This document shows, in pieces, positions 27,395 to 39,111 of a DNA stretch of 64,000 nt (its first letter is position 1; every line of letters starts with the position of its first letter). The stretch covers positions 370,221 to 434,220 of the forward strand of contig CAXXFL010000004.1 of the NCBI GenBank assembly GCA_963674965.2. The letters run 5' to 3'. The notes beneath the pieces were generated by a model. It did not search any database and was not told the DNA's origin. It saw nothing but the letters and a program-made list of their open reading frames with translations. The stretch is from a bacterium (GTDB lineage: Bacteria > RBG-13-61-14 > DATKZS01). The position numbers and the translations under genes were made by a program.

Positions 27395-29821
27395 TCAGGG
27401 GTTTAACCCCGACACGGCAACGGGCTCGATCGAAAAGGCGGCCGCCGGCTCCGCCTGGCCGAACAGATATTTGCTCGAGTGTCCCCAGCACTTGACCGAG
27501 CCGTCCGAGATGGCCGCGCACGCGTGGAACTCGCCCGCGGAGATGGACACGGCCCCTTCCACGCCGCCGATTTCCACCGGCGTGGATACTATATCGAGGA
27601 GTTGTACTCCCTCCCCCGACGGAGAAGTCTGGCCTTCGGCGTTTTGGCCCCAGCAACGGACCGTCGAGTCTCCCATGAGCGCGCAGGTATGATTGAGGCC
27701 CGCGTCGATATCCACGGCCCCGCTTATGCCGACCACCGCCTGGGGGTCGGGCGAAGAATAATCACCCCACCAGTAATCCTCCCAATTGTACGAGGTTTCT
27801 CCATTTCCAAGCTGGCCCCAGTTATTGTATCCCCAACAGAAAACCGAGCCGCCCTCCAGAAGAGCGCAGGAATGGAAATAGCCCGCGGCCACCCGGGACG
27901 CGTTTTCGATCGATGACAAAATACAGGGTTTCTTAACGTCACAGGTGGAAGTGGAACTGACCTTGTATCCCCAGTCGGACCCCCAACAGGCCACCGACCC
28001 TCCGGCCAGGACCGCGCAGGTATGGGTAATTCCCGCGTCCACGTCGATGGCGGCCGGCAGTCCCGTGGGTATCACGGGGATATTCGAGGCGTAGTAATAA
28101 TAACCCCATGGCCATTCGTATAACTCATATCCCCCGCTTCTTCCGTTTCCGAGTTGGCCGTTACGATTGCTCCCCCAGCAGAGAACCGATCCTCCGTCCA
28201 TGAGGGCGCAGGAGTGCATGAACCCGGCGCTGACCTGGTAGGCGTCCGACAGGCCCGAGACGAACACGGGCGTCTTGGTGGCCGGCGCGGCCGTGTCGCC
28301 GTCGCCCAGGACGCCCAGGTAATTCGGGCCCCAGCAGGCCACCGAGCCCGAGTCCAGCACGGCGCAGGCGTGGATCATGCCCGCCGAGGCGTCTATTGCC
28401 GGACCCAACCCGGACGGGGTGATGGGAGTATGGGAGCTTACGGTCACGCCGTCGCCCAACTGGGCCTTCTTGCCCCATCCCCAGCAGAGCACGGAGCCGC
28501 CGTCAAGCAAGGCGCAGTTATGGTCGAACCCGGCGGAGATCGAGGCGACGCCCGAGGGAGGAAGCACGGTCGTGGGCGTCCGTATTACGGCCGGGTCCGT
28601 TGCCGCCCCCAGTTGGTTAAGGAGGTTGTTGCCCCAGCAAAGGATCGAGCCGCCGTCAACAACGGCGCAGGTATGGGTGTATCCACCCGCGGCCTTTTGG
28701 GCCGCTTTGGTGAGTCCCGGCTTTCGAACGGGGGAGAGAGCGTATCCGCCCAGGTCGTTACCCAGGGCATATTCGAAGTTATTGCCCCAGCACTCGATCG
28801 ATCCGCCCTCCAGCACGGCGCAGACGTGATATTCGCCCGAGGCTATCTCGGCGGCGGGAGCGGACTGGCCGGCCGGCGTGGGCGAGGTCGAGTAGGAATG
28901 GGTCCCGTTTCCAAGTTGGCCGTATTCGCCGTCGCCCCAGCAGGTGATGGACCCGCCCTCGAGCAGAGCGCAGCTATGCCACGCCCCGACGCTGAGGGCC
29001 GCGGCGTTGGACACGTTAGCCACGTTCACCGGATAGGGGGAGTCGGCGGTGCTCCCGTCCCCAAGCTGGCCGCCGCGAAAATGCTCGACGCAGGGATTGC
29101 CGCAGCAGCAATCGAAGTAATGTTTCCTGGTATTAGAACCCCAGCACTTGATATCGTTGTTCTCGAGGATGGCGCAGGAGTGTCTGAGCCCAAGGGATAC
29201 GCCTACCGCGTTATTGATGCCCAGGACGTTTACCGGGGTCGCGGAGTCCTGGGTGGTCCCGTCTCCCAACTGGCCATAACCGTTATAGCCCCAGCAATAG
29301 ACCGAGCCTCCCTCGATGACCGCGCAGGAATGAGAGCCCGGGGCGTATTCGTCATCTTCGTAATCATACATTTGTTGGCTCCATAGCCCCGCGTCCACGT
29401 CGATAACGGCGGTCAGGCCCGCGACCGTGACGGCGACGCTCGAGCTCGAGGTGGTCCCGTCCCCCAGTTCTCCCCGGTAGTTGGCGCCCCAGCATTTGGC
29501 CTTGCCCGAGTCCACCGCGCAGGAGTGGAAGCCGCCCAGCCCCAGGGACGTGACGTTCGCCAGGCCGCTTGCCTTGACGGCGGACTGGCGGGGAAGTTCG
29601 GTCCCGTCCCCCAACTGGCCGGCCTCGTTGTGGCCCCAGCACTTGACCGACCCGCCGTCCACGATGGCGCAGGAGTGGAAGGCCCCCGCGTCCAGGTCTT
29701 TTGCCTTGTGCTCGAGCTTGGGCGCGCTGATACTGAACGTACAGTCGGGAGAGGAAAATCCTCCCAGTCCGAGAGTTACACATGCCAGCCCCATTAGCTG
29801 GATGATTCTCAATCGCTTCAT
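27395..29821 (-). CDS. Exported RCC1/BLIP-II repeat protein
   Basis: Many AGxxHSCA....GSVxCWGxNxxGQLGxG repeats; hydrophobic N-terminus; GGAGG RBS. Confidence 0.92.
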   Translation of the reverse strand: MKRLRIIQLMGLACVTLGLGGFSSPDCTFSISAPKLEHKAKDLDAGAFHSCAIVDGGSVKCWGHNEAGQLGDGTELPRQSAVKASGLANVTSLGLGGFHSCAVDSGKAKCWGANYRGELGDGTTSSSSVAVTVAGLTAVIDVDAGLWSQQMYDYEDDEYAPGSHSCAVIEGGSVYCWGYNGYGQLGDGTTQDSATPVNVLGINNAVGVSLGLRHSCAILENNDIKCWGSNTRKHYFDCCCGNPCVEHFRGGQLGDGSTADSPYPVNVANVSNAAALSVGAWHSCALLEGGSITCWGDGEYGQLGNGTHSYSTSPTPAGQSAPAAEIASGEYHVCAVLEGGSIECWGNNFEYALGNDLGGYALSPVRKPGLTKAAQKAAGGYTHTCAVVDGGSILCWGNNLLNQLGAATDPAVIRTPTTVLPPSGVASISAGFDHNCALLDGGSVLCWGWGKKAQLGDGVTVSSHTPITPSGLGPAIDASAGMIHACAVLDSGSVACWGPNYLGVLGDGDTAAPATKTPVFVSGLSDAYQVSAGFMHSCALMDGGSVLCWGSNRNGQLGNGRSGGYELYEWPWGYYYYASNIPVIPTGLPAAIDVDAGITHTCAVLAGGSVACWGSDWGYKVSSTSTCDVKKPCILSSIENASRVAAGYFHSCALLEGGSVFCWGYNNWGQLGNGETSYNWEDYWWGDYSSPDPQAVVGISGAVDIDAGLNHTCALMGDSTVRCWGQNAEGQTSPSGEGVQLLDIVSTPVEIGGVEGAVSISAGEFHACAAISDGSVKCWGHSSKYLFGQAEPAAAFSIEPVAVSGLNP

Positions 29822-30170
29822 AATCCCTCCTCCTTTACGGTATGGCGCTTTAAGTTGGCGATCGGAACTTTTGTCGCGCTTACAAGATTGCGCAATTTAT
29901 TGCCGTTGGCCTCATCTTCAATCCGTGCCATTGAATCCTCTTTTAAAGAGTACTTTCCCCATTTGATCAGGATGCGAGCCGGGCCTAAAAAAGGCCGCAA
30001 TCTAGAAGCACCCACCAATAAAGCAACCTTTATGCCGGGAGGCGATTTTTTCCGGAAAAAGTTGAAAAGGGAAAAATCGAAAAAAGTATTCAGTCGCTAT
30101 TACAACGGGATATATGCTATTTTTTCTTTTGGCCCGTTTCTTGATAGGCGAAATTTCAATAACCTGAAAA

Positions 30171-30248
30171 GTGACGTTTTTTGTCACAAATTTTGGGGTT
30201 GGCCGACAAAAATCGTCAGCGCTCTGAGGTGGTGACAAAAATTGTCAC
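30171..30248. promoter_or_regulatory. Three spaced palindromic operator-like sites (GTGAC-N7-GTCAC)
   Basis: 30171-30187, 30203-30219 (degenerate) and 30232-30248, upstream of the RCC1-pilin genes. Confidence 0.55.
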
Positions 30249-30308
30249 CTTGTAAATGCTTGAAATATGGGGGAAAACGAAATAATCGTGCCGAAGCCTG
30301 GTGGGTGG

Positions 30309-31479
<1,171 letters not shown>

Positions 31480-31480
31480 G

Positions 31481-31516
31481 AAAAAGAAGGCGGAGAAAGT
31501 ATCCAATCTCCGCCTT
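31481..31516 (-). terminator. Rho-independent terminator, intron target
   Basis: 10-bp stem AAGGCGGAGA/TCTCCGCCTT plus T-run, 18 bp after the stop at 31535. Confidence 0.85.
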
Positions 31517-31534
31517 GTTCCATCGGTCTCGATC

Positions 31535-33373
31535 CTACATTTTTTTGAAGCCTCCGCCCTCGCAGGGAATCCACACGTGCACTCCGTCAAAGGCGGGCAT
31601 TCGCGGCGTGGTACAGGTTGGGAAAGGCTGGGGATTTATGGTCCCGTCTATCGTCCTGATCTTGAAGACGATATTAGTCGTGGAGTCCGTCACCCAGACG
31701 TTGGACCCGTCGAAAACCACCCCATAAGGGTTGGTGGTGAAGGCCAAGGTCTGGAGTATGGCGCCGTCGGTTTCTCTTACCTTGAAGATGGAGTTTGACG
31801 ACCCGCCGGCTATCCACATGTTCTGACCGTCAAAGGCTATGCCCTGCGCGGGAGCGGACAGGTTATAATAGTTGAAGACGCCGACGTTGTTTTTATCGTA
31901 GACGTAAACGTTCATACTGCCGGGACAGGTGACCCATACCCGGTCGTAGGAACAGGCGCACCACAGCGGCGTCGCTCCCGAGGGGAGGGTGGCAAAAACG
32001 GAACTGGTTGTTGGATCGACGACGCTGACCGATCCCGTCCCGTAATTGGCCACCCATAAATACCTTCCGTCAAAGCATACTCCCATTGGCTGATTGCCCA
32101 CGGCGACGGAAGACCCGGTCGTAATGTTTCTGATGTAATTACTGCTTCTGGCGGCGGCCCAAAAGTATTGCCCGTCGCAGGCTATTCCCGTGAGGTTGTT
32201 TCCCACTCCGCCAATCAAGCCGCCGGTGGCCATGTCAAGGGTGGTTTTATAGGCGCCGTTGCCGGTGAATTGCGTGAGCGCCACGGAGTTGGCCCCGTCG
32301 TAGGCGGCGGCGAAATATCCTCCTCCCGGCGAGGCCGAGGTCACAAGGTTGGCCTCGTGCCACTTGAGGGCGCCGATTTGCTTTTTTGTCCTTCTGTCCT
32401 GGGAAATGGCGCTGACGCCCAGGCCTCCCTCGACGAAGGCGTTGCCGTTCGAGAACACCCCGTACGCGTCGGGAGAATCGACGCTTCCGTAGACCCCATA
32501 GTGGGTCCCGTCTTCGCCCATGGCCCTTCCATACACGCCGTATCGGGTCCCCGATCCGTCGTCCCAGGCCAGGAAGTATCCTCCCGCGGCGTCCCCGGTC
32601 CCGTAGTTATGGGCTATTCCCATCACGGCCCGGGAGGGCGAGGCGCCGTGGGCGCTCGAGGATGCCGAGGCGCCGATGGCGGTGGCGGATGAGGACGCGC
32701 TGAAGTCTCCGCCTATCCTGGTGGAGGTGGCGGCGGTGTTGCCCGCTTGGCCGTAAACGCCGCTTATGGGCATGGCCAGGGCCCCCACCGTCGAGTCGGT
32801 CGCCCCCTGGTTTACCCCGTACAAGGCGAACTGATCGCCGGTAACGTAGGCCCCATAAGTGGGAACGTTGGTGTTGGAATAAAGGATGCCGAAGGACCCG
32901 CCCGCCTGATGATTCACGAGCAGGGCCCCATGCAGCTCAAGGTCGCCGGTGACCGTGTCGCCGGAGTTCAACACGTAGTCGTCTCCCGCGAGCCCGGCGG
33001 CGGAGAAGGCGTAAGGCGCCGTAACCATGGGCTGGCGAGGGGAAAGGGTCTCGCCGTCCACCGCCACCTCCAGCCAGGCCTTGCCCGAGGAGAAAACCGG
33101 AGAACTGAGGGAAGAGGCGTCTCCCAGGTTGACCTCGTAAAGCCCGTTGGTCACGGCCACGTCCTCTTGGGTTTCGGACCAAAGCAAGGTCCCACCAGAT
33201 TGAGAAGCGTAGATCGCAAAGGACATGTCAACCGTGGCCGCCGTTAGCGGAGCGCCGGAGGAATCGAAAAGACGCCCCTGGTAGCCGATCTTGCCGGGTA
33301 CGGACTGGGAAAAAGCGGCGGCCGCGATAATAAGCGAGCCGAAGGCCGTTAAAAGGATTGCTTTTAGCTTCAT
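31535..33373 (-). CDS. Secreted fibre/adhesin-like protein with C-terminal propeller-like repeats
   Basis: Signal peptide; YQGRL..G.P, LWSET, PRQPM..APYA N-domain; GVYG repeats; FDGxxxW repeats. Confidence 0.75.
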   Translation of the reverse strand: MKLKAILLTAFGSLIIAAAAFSQSVPGKIGYQGRLFDSSGAPLTAATVDMSFAIYASQSGGTLLWSETQEDVAVTNGLYEVNLGDASSLSSPVFSSGKAWLEVAVDGETLSPRQPMVTAPYAFSAAGLAGDDYVLNSGDTVTGDLELHGALLVNHQAGGSFGILYSNTNVPTYGAYVTGDQFALYGVNQGATDSTVGALAMPISGVYGQAGNTAATSTRIGGDFSASSSATAIGASASSSAHGASPSRAVMGIAHNYGTGDAAGGYFLAWDDGSGTRYGVYGRAMGEDGTHYGVYGSVDSPDAYGVFSNGNAFVEGGLGVSAISQDRRTKKQIGALKWHEANLVTSASPGGGYFAAAYDGANSVALTQFTGNGAYKTTLDMATGGLIGGVGNNLTGIACDGQYFWAAARSSNYIRNITTGSSVAVGNQPMGVCFDGRYLWVANYGTGSVSVVDPTTSSVFATLPSGATPLWCACSYDRVWVTCPGSMNVYVYDKNNVGVFNYYNLSAPAQGIAFDGQNMWIAGGSSNSIFKVRETDGAILQTLAFTTNPYGVVFDGSNVWVTDSTTNIVFKIRTIDGTINPQPFPTCTTPRMPAFDGVHVWIPCEGGGFKKM

Positions 33374-33596
33374 GGGACGTCCTCCTTGGAAAAGTGGAAA
33401 AAGTCAGGTTCGATTTTCGCTCGCGTTTATCATAGCAAAAATTGTACTATCTTGTAAAAAAACGCGCGTGAAGATCGAATTGTCCAGCTAGACGAACAGG
33501 CGGCTTATAGGTCAAAACTTCAAAGTTCCGTTTCGTTGTCGCAATCAAGCGGCTTGGCGTAGTATAATACATGGGCCTGATATTAAGGAAGGAGCA

Positions 33597-34517
33597 ATGG
33601 TTATGATCGTGAAAAAGATATCGTTGGTTCTGGTGGCGGCCTTGGCCCTTTTCGTTTCATCTTGCGAGACCCGGCAGGAATCGATAGACCGAGAGAATCG
33701 ATACATATCCGAGCATCCGCCCGAGGACGTGGCAAAATATTATCGGGACGTGACCTACGCCGAGGTGGCGGGAGAGAAATTAACCCTGGACGTTAGCGTT
33801 CCCGATGGTGAAGGACCTTTCCCCGTTCTTATGATCATTCACGGCGGCGGCTGGAGCATGCATACGAACACCATCATGGAGGGCATGGCCAGGTATATTA
33901 CCAACCGGGGATACGTTGTTTTCAACGTGAATTACCGCGTTTTGCCCAACGTTGACATGAAGACCATCGTGGAGGACTGCCTGGGGGCCCTTCTTTGGGT
34001 CAAGGACCACGCCTCGGAATACAAGGGCGATTCCACCAGGGTGGCGGTTACGGGAGACAGCGCCGGCGGCCATTTAACGGCCATGCTGGTAACTCAGGCG
34101 GAGGACCCGGCCTTCAAGCCCACCTATTCGAGCGCGACAAAAGATTTCTCGCTCACTTGCGCCGTGCCGACCTATGGCATCTACGACTTTATCGGCCTTA
34201 GCAGGCTTTCGCCCGGGATCGCCAAATCCTTCCTTGGGGCCGGCTACAAGGAAAACCCTGAGCTTTATCGTCTGTTATCGCCTTACTATCACGTCAGGAA
34301 GGACCTGGCTCCCCAACTGGTAATGGTCGGGACCGCTGATTTCCTCTATTCGGAAAATATCAAGTACGTGAAGGCCCTGGAAAAGGCCGGCGCTCCGGTC
34401 GAGCTTTGGAAATATCCCGGCAAGCCTCACGCGTTTTTAAACGAATACTGGAACGATAACGGCAGGAAAGGATACGACCGCATGGTCGAGTTCCTCGACA
34501 AGCACATGAAACAATAA
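33597..34517 (+). CDS. HSL-family alpha/beta hydrolase (esterase), lipoprotein
   Basis: HGGGW, GDSAGG, lipobox-like VSSC. Confidence 0.9.
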   Translation: MVMIVKKISLVLVAALALFVSSCETRQESIDRENRYISEHPPEDVAKYYRDVTYAEVAGEKLTLDVSVPDGEGPFPVLMIIHGGGWSMHTNTIMEGMARYITNRGYVVFNVNYRVLPNVDMKTIVEDCLGALLWVKDHASEYKGDSTRVAVTGDSAGGHLTAMLVTQAEDPAFKPTYSSATKDFSLTCAVPTYGIYDFIGLSRLSPGIAKSFLGAGYKENPELYRLLSPYYHVRKDLAPQLVMVGTADFLYSENIKYVKALEKAGAPVELWKYPGKPHAFLNEYWNDNGRKGYDRMVEFLDKHMKQ

Positions 34518-34531
34518 CCGGTTAGGGTCGT

Positions 34532-35446
34532 TTAGAATATCGAGTCGGGCACGGTGATGACGTCTCCGGGTTTAAGAGGGATATCTTCTCTTCTGCCTTT
34601 TCTTACGTCTTTTAATCTTACTTTTATTATCGTAGTGCTTCCATCCGGTTCTTTCCTTGTGATAGTCGATCGGTTGGGAGCGGACACGTCGGAGAAGCCT
34701 CCAGCTCTAATAACGGCCTTAAGCGCGGTCATGCCTTCAAGGTAGGCGATTTCCTGGGGGGAGTTAACGGCTCCCTGCACGTATATGTAGTTAATGTCCT
34801 TTTTGGGCAATATCACTACCAGGTCGTTTGGCATAATGGTTAAATTCTGGGAAATGTCTCCCATTTCATAAAGCTTGGAAAGGCTTGCAAGCTCGTAATT
34901 TTTTTGATCAGCGCCATCATCCAAGTTATCGGTTATCTTCTCTGGCGGTTGACTTTTTCCAGAGCCGGTCGCCAAGGCCCCTCCCCGGAAAACTTTTGCC
35001 TCGTCTCCAAAGTTATCCGTGGGTCCTCCGGCCATGGCAATCAGGTTAAGTAAGGTGATTGAATTGGTTTCCAGCGCGTAACTGCCAGGATGGTTGACCG
35101 CGCCGATAATAGTGACCGTTTTCGATTTGTACTGCGTCACTCGAAGCTGCACCACGGGGTTTTTCAAATAGCCGTCCGCCAGCCTCTCGACTATTTTCCG
35201 TCTGGCTTGGATAACCGTGAGCCCGCCGATTTTAACTTCTCCGGCGAAAAAGACGACTATGGTCCCGTCGCTTGAGACTTCTCTATCCCCGTCGATATTC
35301 TCCGTTCCCCAAACGCGAAGGTTAACCACGTCACCCGGCCCGATGACGTAATCATCCCGCGTCGGCGCGGCGGCATGAAGAACAATAGGCGCTCCCACCA
35401 GCAAAACCAGAAGGAGCGCCAAAAAGACTGGCAACTTATTTTTCAT
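34532..35446 (-). CDS. Polysaccharide export protein (OPX/Wza-like, SLBB domains)
   Basis: DYVIGPGDV PES motif and two SLBB-like domains; ends PGDVITVPDSIF with no OM helix. Confidence 0.9.
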   Translation of the reverse strand: MKNKLPVFLALLLVLLVGAPIVLHAAAPTRDDYVIGPGDVVNLRVWGTENIDGDREVSSDGTIVVFFAGEVKIGGLTVIQARRKIVERLADGYLKNPVVQLRVTQYKSKTVTIIGAVNHPGSYALETNSITLLNLIAMAGGPTDNFGDEAKVFRGGALATGSGKSQPPEKITDNLDDGADQKNYELASLSKLYEMGDISQNLTIMPNDLVVILPKKDINYIYVQGAVNSPQEIAYLEGMTALKAVIRAGGFSDVSAPNRSTITRKEPDGSTTIIKVRLKDVRKGRREDIPLKPGDVITVPDSIF

Positions 35447-35474
35447 TTTTCGACCTGAGAAGATATATAGTTTG

Positions 35475-36884
35475 TCACTTTCCTATTAAAATCGTCGGCA
35501 ACACCTGCACCTGGAAATAGAAATAATTAATAGTGGAATCGTATGATTGCACATTGGCGCCGGGAATGGACGCGTAGATATCATTGTAAGCCTCGGGACT
35601 ATCGAGGTTAGAATCTCTCAACTGATACCTGTATCCGCCCTCGATGGAAAGCGTTCCCTGGCCTCCCTTTTGAAGGATATCGTAATGGGCGATCGCCTCG
35701 AGTCTGGTGTTACGGTCTATCCGGTCCTCATCCCACATCCATTCCTTGTTGTTTTTCTCCATGTCATAGGTGGCCTGGCGATAGTCGGCGATAAATTGCA
35801 AATTTATTTTCGGGGTCACGAAATAGGTCACTCTTCCGTTACCGCTGGTGTAAACGAAGAAAAGGTCCTGGCCATAGGTGCTTATTCCCTGAGTTCCCCT
35901 CAGGCTGATCTCTACTTTTTTCGATAACGTATACTGGTAGAGAAGTGAAGCCAAGGGATCGGCCATATCCTCGATATCGTTCCTGGTCGTGCCCGCCGGC
36001 CAAGGCGCCGGCAGTGGAATGGGGGTAACGTCACTATAATTCCTCCAGCCGTATCCTCCCAGGACCTCGATGCTCGAATTCGAGTCTATTTTATACCTCA
36101 ATCCGATCATGGCCTGTATTCTGTCGAAGTCCACATAGTCCACATTATCGACTTCCTCTATCACGTTGGTGGAGTACTGAGCGTCGATAATGCCCGTGGT
36201 TTTTCCCGTGAAGTCTATTTCGTTTCTGACTATCCCGTTATGGGAATATGAATCGGACGGCCGCGAAACGTTTTCGGCTTCCGGGTCAGAAAAGATTAAG
36301 GTGGCGTACTGGTATTCAAGAAGGGTCCTTACCTTGCCCATGGGATTGAATTTGACCGAAGCGGAAGCCAGGTTGTTGGTGTACAATGACCAGTATCCTA
36401 TCGCGTCGGTGTTTTCGCCGAAGACTTTCTCCAGACTCCTGGTCTGGGTTATCTCGTCTCGAAGAGAAAACATGACGTTCCGGCCGGAATAACTGTAAAT
36501 GACGTTGCCGCTGATGGTGAAAAAGTCGTAATCGGAAACGTTCACGTTCGCCGTGTCCGAGTCCATGACCCATCCATCCATGCTGATGAACTGCTCGTAT
36601 CCGGCGTCCCCGCCCACGGAAATCCTGCTCCTCCCGTCCTGATAGACGAACGTGATGCCCACCAGATAATCCAGATAGGAGGCGGACACCGGATCCATGT
36701 TCGCCGCGTCAAGCTCGTCCAGGTCCTGGCCGTACATGTTGTCGTTGTAGTTGTACTTAACGCTGATCCTGGGCGTCATCTCCAAGGTACCGGCTTTTGC
36801 CTGTCCGGCAAAGGTCGTCAACGTCAGCGCCAAGATAAGCGCCAGTAAAACGACCACACTCTTACCCGATGAAATATTTTGCAT
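35475..36884 (-). CDS. Putative outer-membrane beta-barrel partner of the OPX protein
   Basis: Signal peptide from ATG 36884, alternating Tyr-rich beta strands, adjacent to OPX. Confidence 0.7.
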   Translation of the reverse strand: MQNISSGKSVVVLLALILALTLTTFAGQAKAGTLEMTPRISVKYNYNDNMYGQDLDELDAANMDPVSASYLDYLVGITFVYQDGRSRISVGGDAGYEQFISMDGWVMDSDTANVNVSDYDFFTISGNVIYSYSGRNVMFSLRDEITQTRSLEKVFGENTDAIGYWSLYTNNLASASVKFNPMGKVRTLLEYQYATLIFSDPEAENVSRPSDSYSHNGIVRNEIDFTGKTTGIIDAQYSTNVIEEVDNVDYVDFDRIQAMIGLRYKIDSNSSIEVLGGYGWRNYSDVTPIPLPAPWPAGTTRNDIEDMADPLASLLYQYTLSKKVEISLRGTQGISTYGQDLFFVYTSGNGRVTYFVTPKINLQFIADYRQATYDMEKNNKEWMWDEDRIDRNTRLEAIAHYDILQKGGQGTLSIEGGYRYQLRDSNLDSPEAYNDIYASIPGANVQSYDSTINYFYFQVQVLPTILIGK

Positions 36885-37482
36885 GGCATAGCTCCTGATC
36901 ACCTTCAACCCTCCATCGCCATTACGTTGGACCTCGTTTTTGGAAATGGTCATCGACCCCAACCGTTGACCGCCGTACGCCAAGGCTTCCGGTGTCGGCT
37001 CGGGACTCTTTTCCAAAAGTTCCGCAAACGATGTCTTCCCTGTTTGACGCCCCTTTTAAATGATTACAAGGTTATCTCATGGAACGAATTTTGTAAATTC
37101 CATGTAACCTTGGGCCGGTTCCTGCCAAGTATTTTCATCTAACGGCTTCACCGGCCTGCCGGCCTGATTCTAATCTTTGTCGCTTTGTGATCGATCATAC
37201 TTACAAATCAATAGCTTGTCAAGCCAGGATCAAATAAAAAATCAATCCTCGTCCCTTTTACGCGTGAACTTCTTTTTATCAAACCAAATTTACCATGTCA
37301 AGTGAAACTTGACGGTGCGCGGTAATTACTCGATCCGGCCGTGGACGGCCAAGTCATGTACAAGATCGTTTCCATCCATCCCGTTCCCATTGGCCCTTCC
37401 GGCAAAGCTTATCTCAAATCATTTTCCATCTTGTCCTGGGGTAGTTTTTGACTGTTGCCGCCAATAAATGTATTATTATCGA

Positions 37483-39108
37483 ATGCTTATTGAAACGGAC
37501 TACCTGGTGATCGGGACGGGCGTCGGTGGGCTCAGCTTTGCTCTTAAGGCGTCCACTCACGGAAGCGTGGCGCTGGTGACCAAGAAGGAAGCCGACGAGT
37601 CAAGCACCCGTTACGCTCAGGGCGGCATCGCCTCCGTTCTGGACCACAAGGACTCCTTCGAGTCCCACATCGGGGATACCCTGGAGGCTGGAGCGGGACT
37701 GTGCAATGAGGAAGCGGTAAACATAATCGTCCGGTCCGGCCCCGAGCGCATCAAGGAGTTGATCAGAATAGGGGTGAAGTTCACTCCTCGCGAGGGAAAA
37801 AAGGATGAGTATCATCTTACCAGGGAAGGCGGGCACTCGAACAGGCGCATAATCCATGCCGAGGACCTTACCGGGGCCGAGGTCGAGCGGGCCTTGATCA
37901 CGGCTTGCCGTAAAAACAAATCCATCACTTTTTACGAATTCCATACCGCCGTGGATTTGATCACCACCGATAAAGCCAGGACAAGGAAGAAACTGAAAAG
38001 ACGATGCCTGGGGGCATACGTTTTGGACAACGCCGCGGGGGAGGTCCATACCTTCGTGTCCAAGGTGGTGGTGCTGGCCACCGGCGGTGCGGGAAAGGTC
38101 TACCTTTACACCTCCAACCCCGACGTCGCCACGGGAGACGGGGTGGCCATGGCCTTCAGGGCCGGATGCGACGTGGCGAACATGGAGTTCATCCAGTTCC
38201 ATCCCACTTGTCTTTACCATCCCCTGGCCAAGTCCTTTCTCATCACCGAGGCCATGAGGGGCGAGGGGGCCGTCCTCCGCAGGATGGACGGCGAGCGCTT
38301 CATGAGGAGCTACCACCCCAAGGAGGAACTGGCGCCAAGGGACATCGTGGCTCGGGCCATCGACCATGAGATGAAGGTCAGGGGCGACGACCACGCGCTC
38401 CTGGATATAACCCACAAGTCCTCCGGTTTTATCAAGAAGAGGTTCCCCAACATCTACCGCACCTGCAAGGAGTACGGGGTCGATATTACAAAGGAGCCCA
38501 TTCCCGTGGTCCCGGCGGCCCATTATTCATGCGGTGGAGTGGTAACCGATCCCAGCGGCGCGACGGACGTCCCGGGACTTTACGCCATTGGCGAGACCGC
38601 CTGCACCGGTCTTCACGGGGCCAACCGGCTGGCCTCGAACTCCCTGCTCGAGGCCCTGGTCGTGGCCCACAGGGCGGTGGAGGACTCGGAGGGATTCATC
38701 GGAAGGGACAGGCTGAAGATCGGCATACCGGAATGGGACATTGGACACGCCGTGGACTCGGACGAGGTGGTGGTCGTTTCCCACAACTGGGATGAAATCC
38801 GCATGGCCATGTGGAACTACGTGGGGATCGTAAGAACGAACAAGAGACTGGCCCGGGCCCTTAGCCGGATCGGCATGATCAACCGAGAGATAGACGACTA
38901 TTACTGGGATTTCCTTTTAACCTCGGACCTTATCGAGCTTCGGAACATCGCCCTCGTGGCCGAGCTCATTATCAGGTCGGCCATATCCAGAAAGGAAAGC
39001 CGGGGCCTCCACTATAACCTCGACTACCGGACGGCGGACGATTCCCTGAAAAAGGACACGCTTATTAACCGTGAAAAGATGGGCTGGAAAATCAATTCTC
39101 ACCAATAA
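37483..39108 (+). CDS. nadB: L-aspartate oxidase
   Basis: [40 protein letters not shown]. Confidence 0.96.
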   Translation: MLIETDYLVIGTGVGGLSFALKASTHGSVALVTKKEADESSTRYAQGGIASVLDHKDSFESHIGDTLEAGAGLCNEEAVNIIVRSGPERIKELIRIGVKFTPREGKKDEYHLTREGGHSNRRIIHAEDLTGAEVERALITACRKNKSITFYEFHTAVDLITTDKARTRKKLKRRCLGAYVLDNAAGEVHTFVSKVVVLATGGAGKVYLYTSNPDVATGDGVAMAFRAGCDVANMEFIQFHPTCLYHPLAKSFLITEAMRGEGAVLRRMDGERFMRSYHPKEELAPRDIVARAIDHEMKVRGDDHALLDITHKSSGFIKKRFPNIYRTCKEYGVDITKEPIPVVPAAHYSCGGVVTDPSGATDVPGLYAIGETACTGLHGANRLASNSLLEALVVAHRAVEDSEGFIGRDRLKIGIPEWDIGHAVDSDEVVVVSHNWDEIRMAMWNYVGIVRTNKRLARALSRIGMINREIDDYYWDFLLTSDLIELRNIALVAELIIRSAISRKESRGLHYNLDYRTADDSLKKDTLINREKMGWKINSHQ

Positions 39109-39111
39109 AAA

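Noticed and set aside
29890-29935. Sigma54 promoter for the RCC1 gene
   Set aside because: TGGCACG is present on the minus strand but there is no correctly spaced TTGC.
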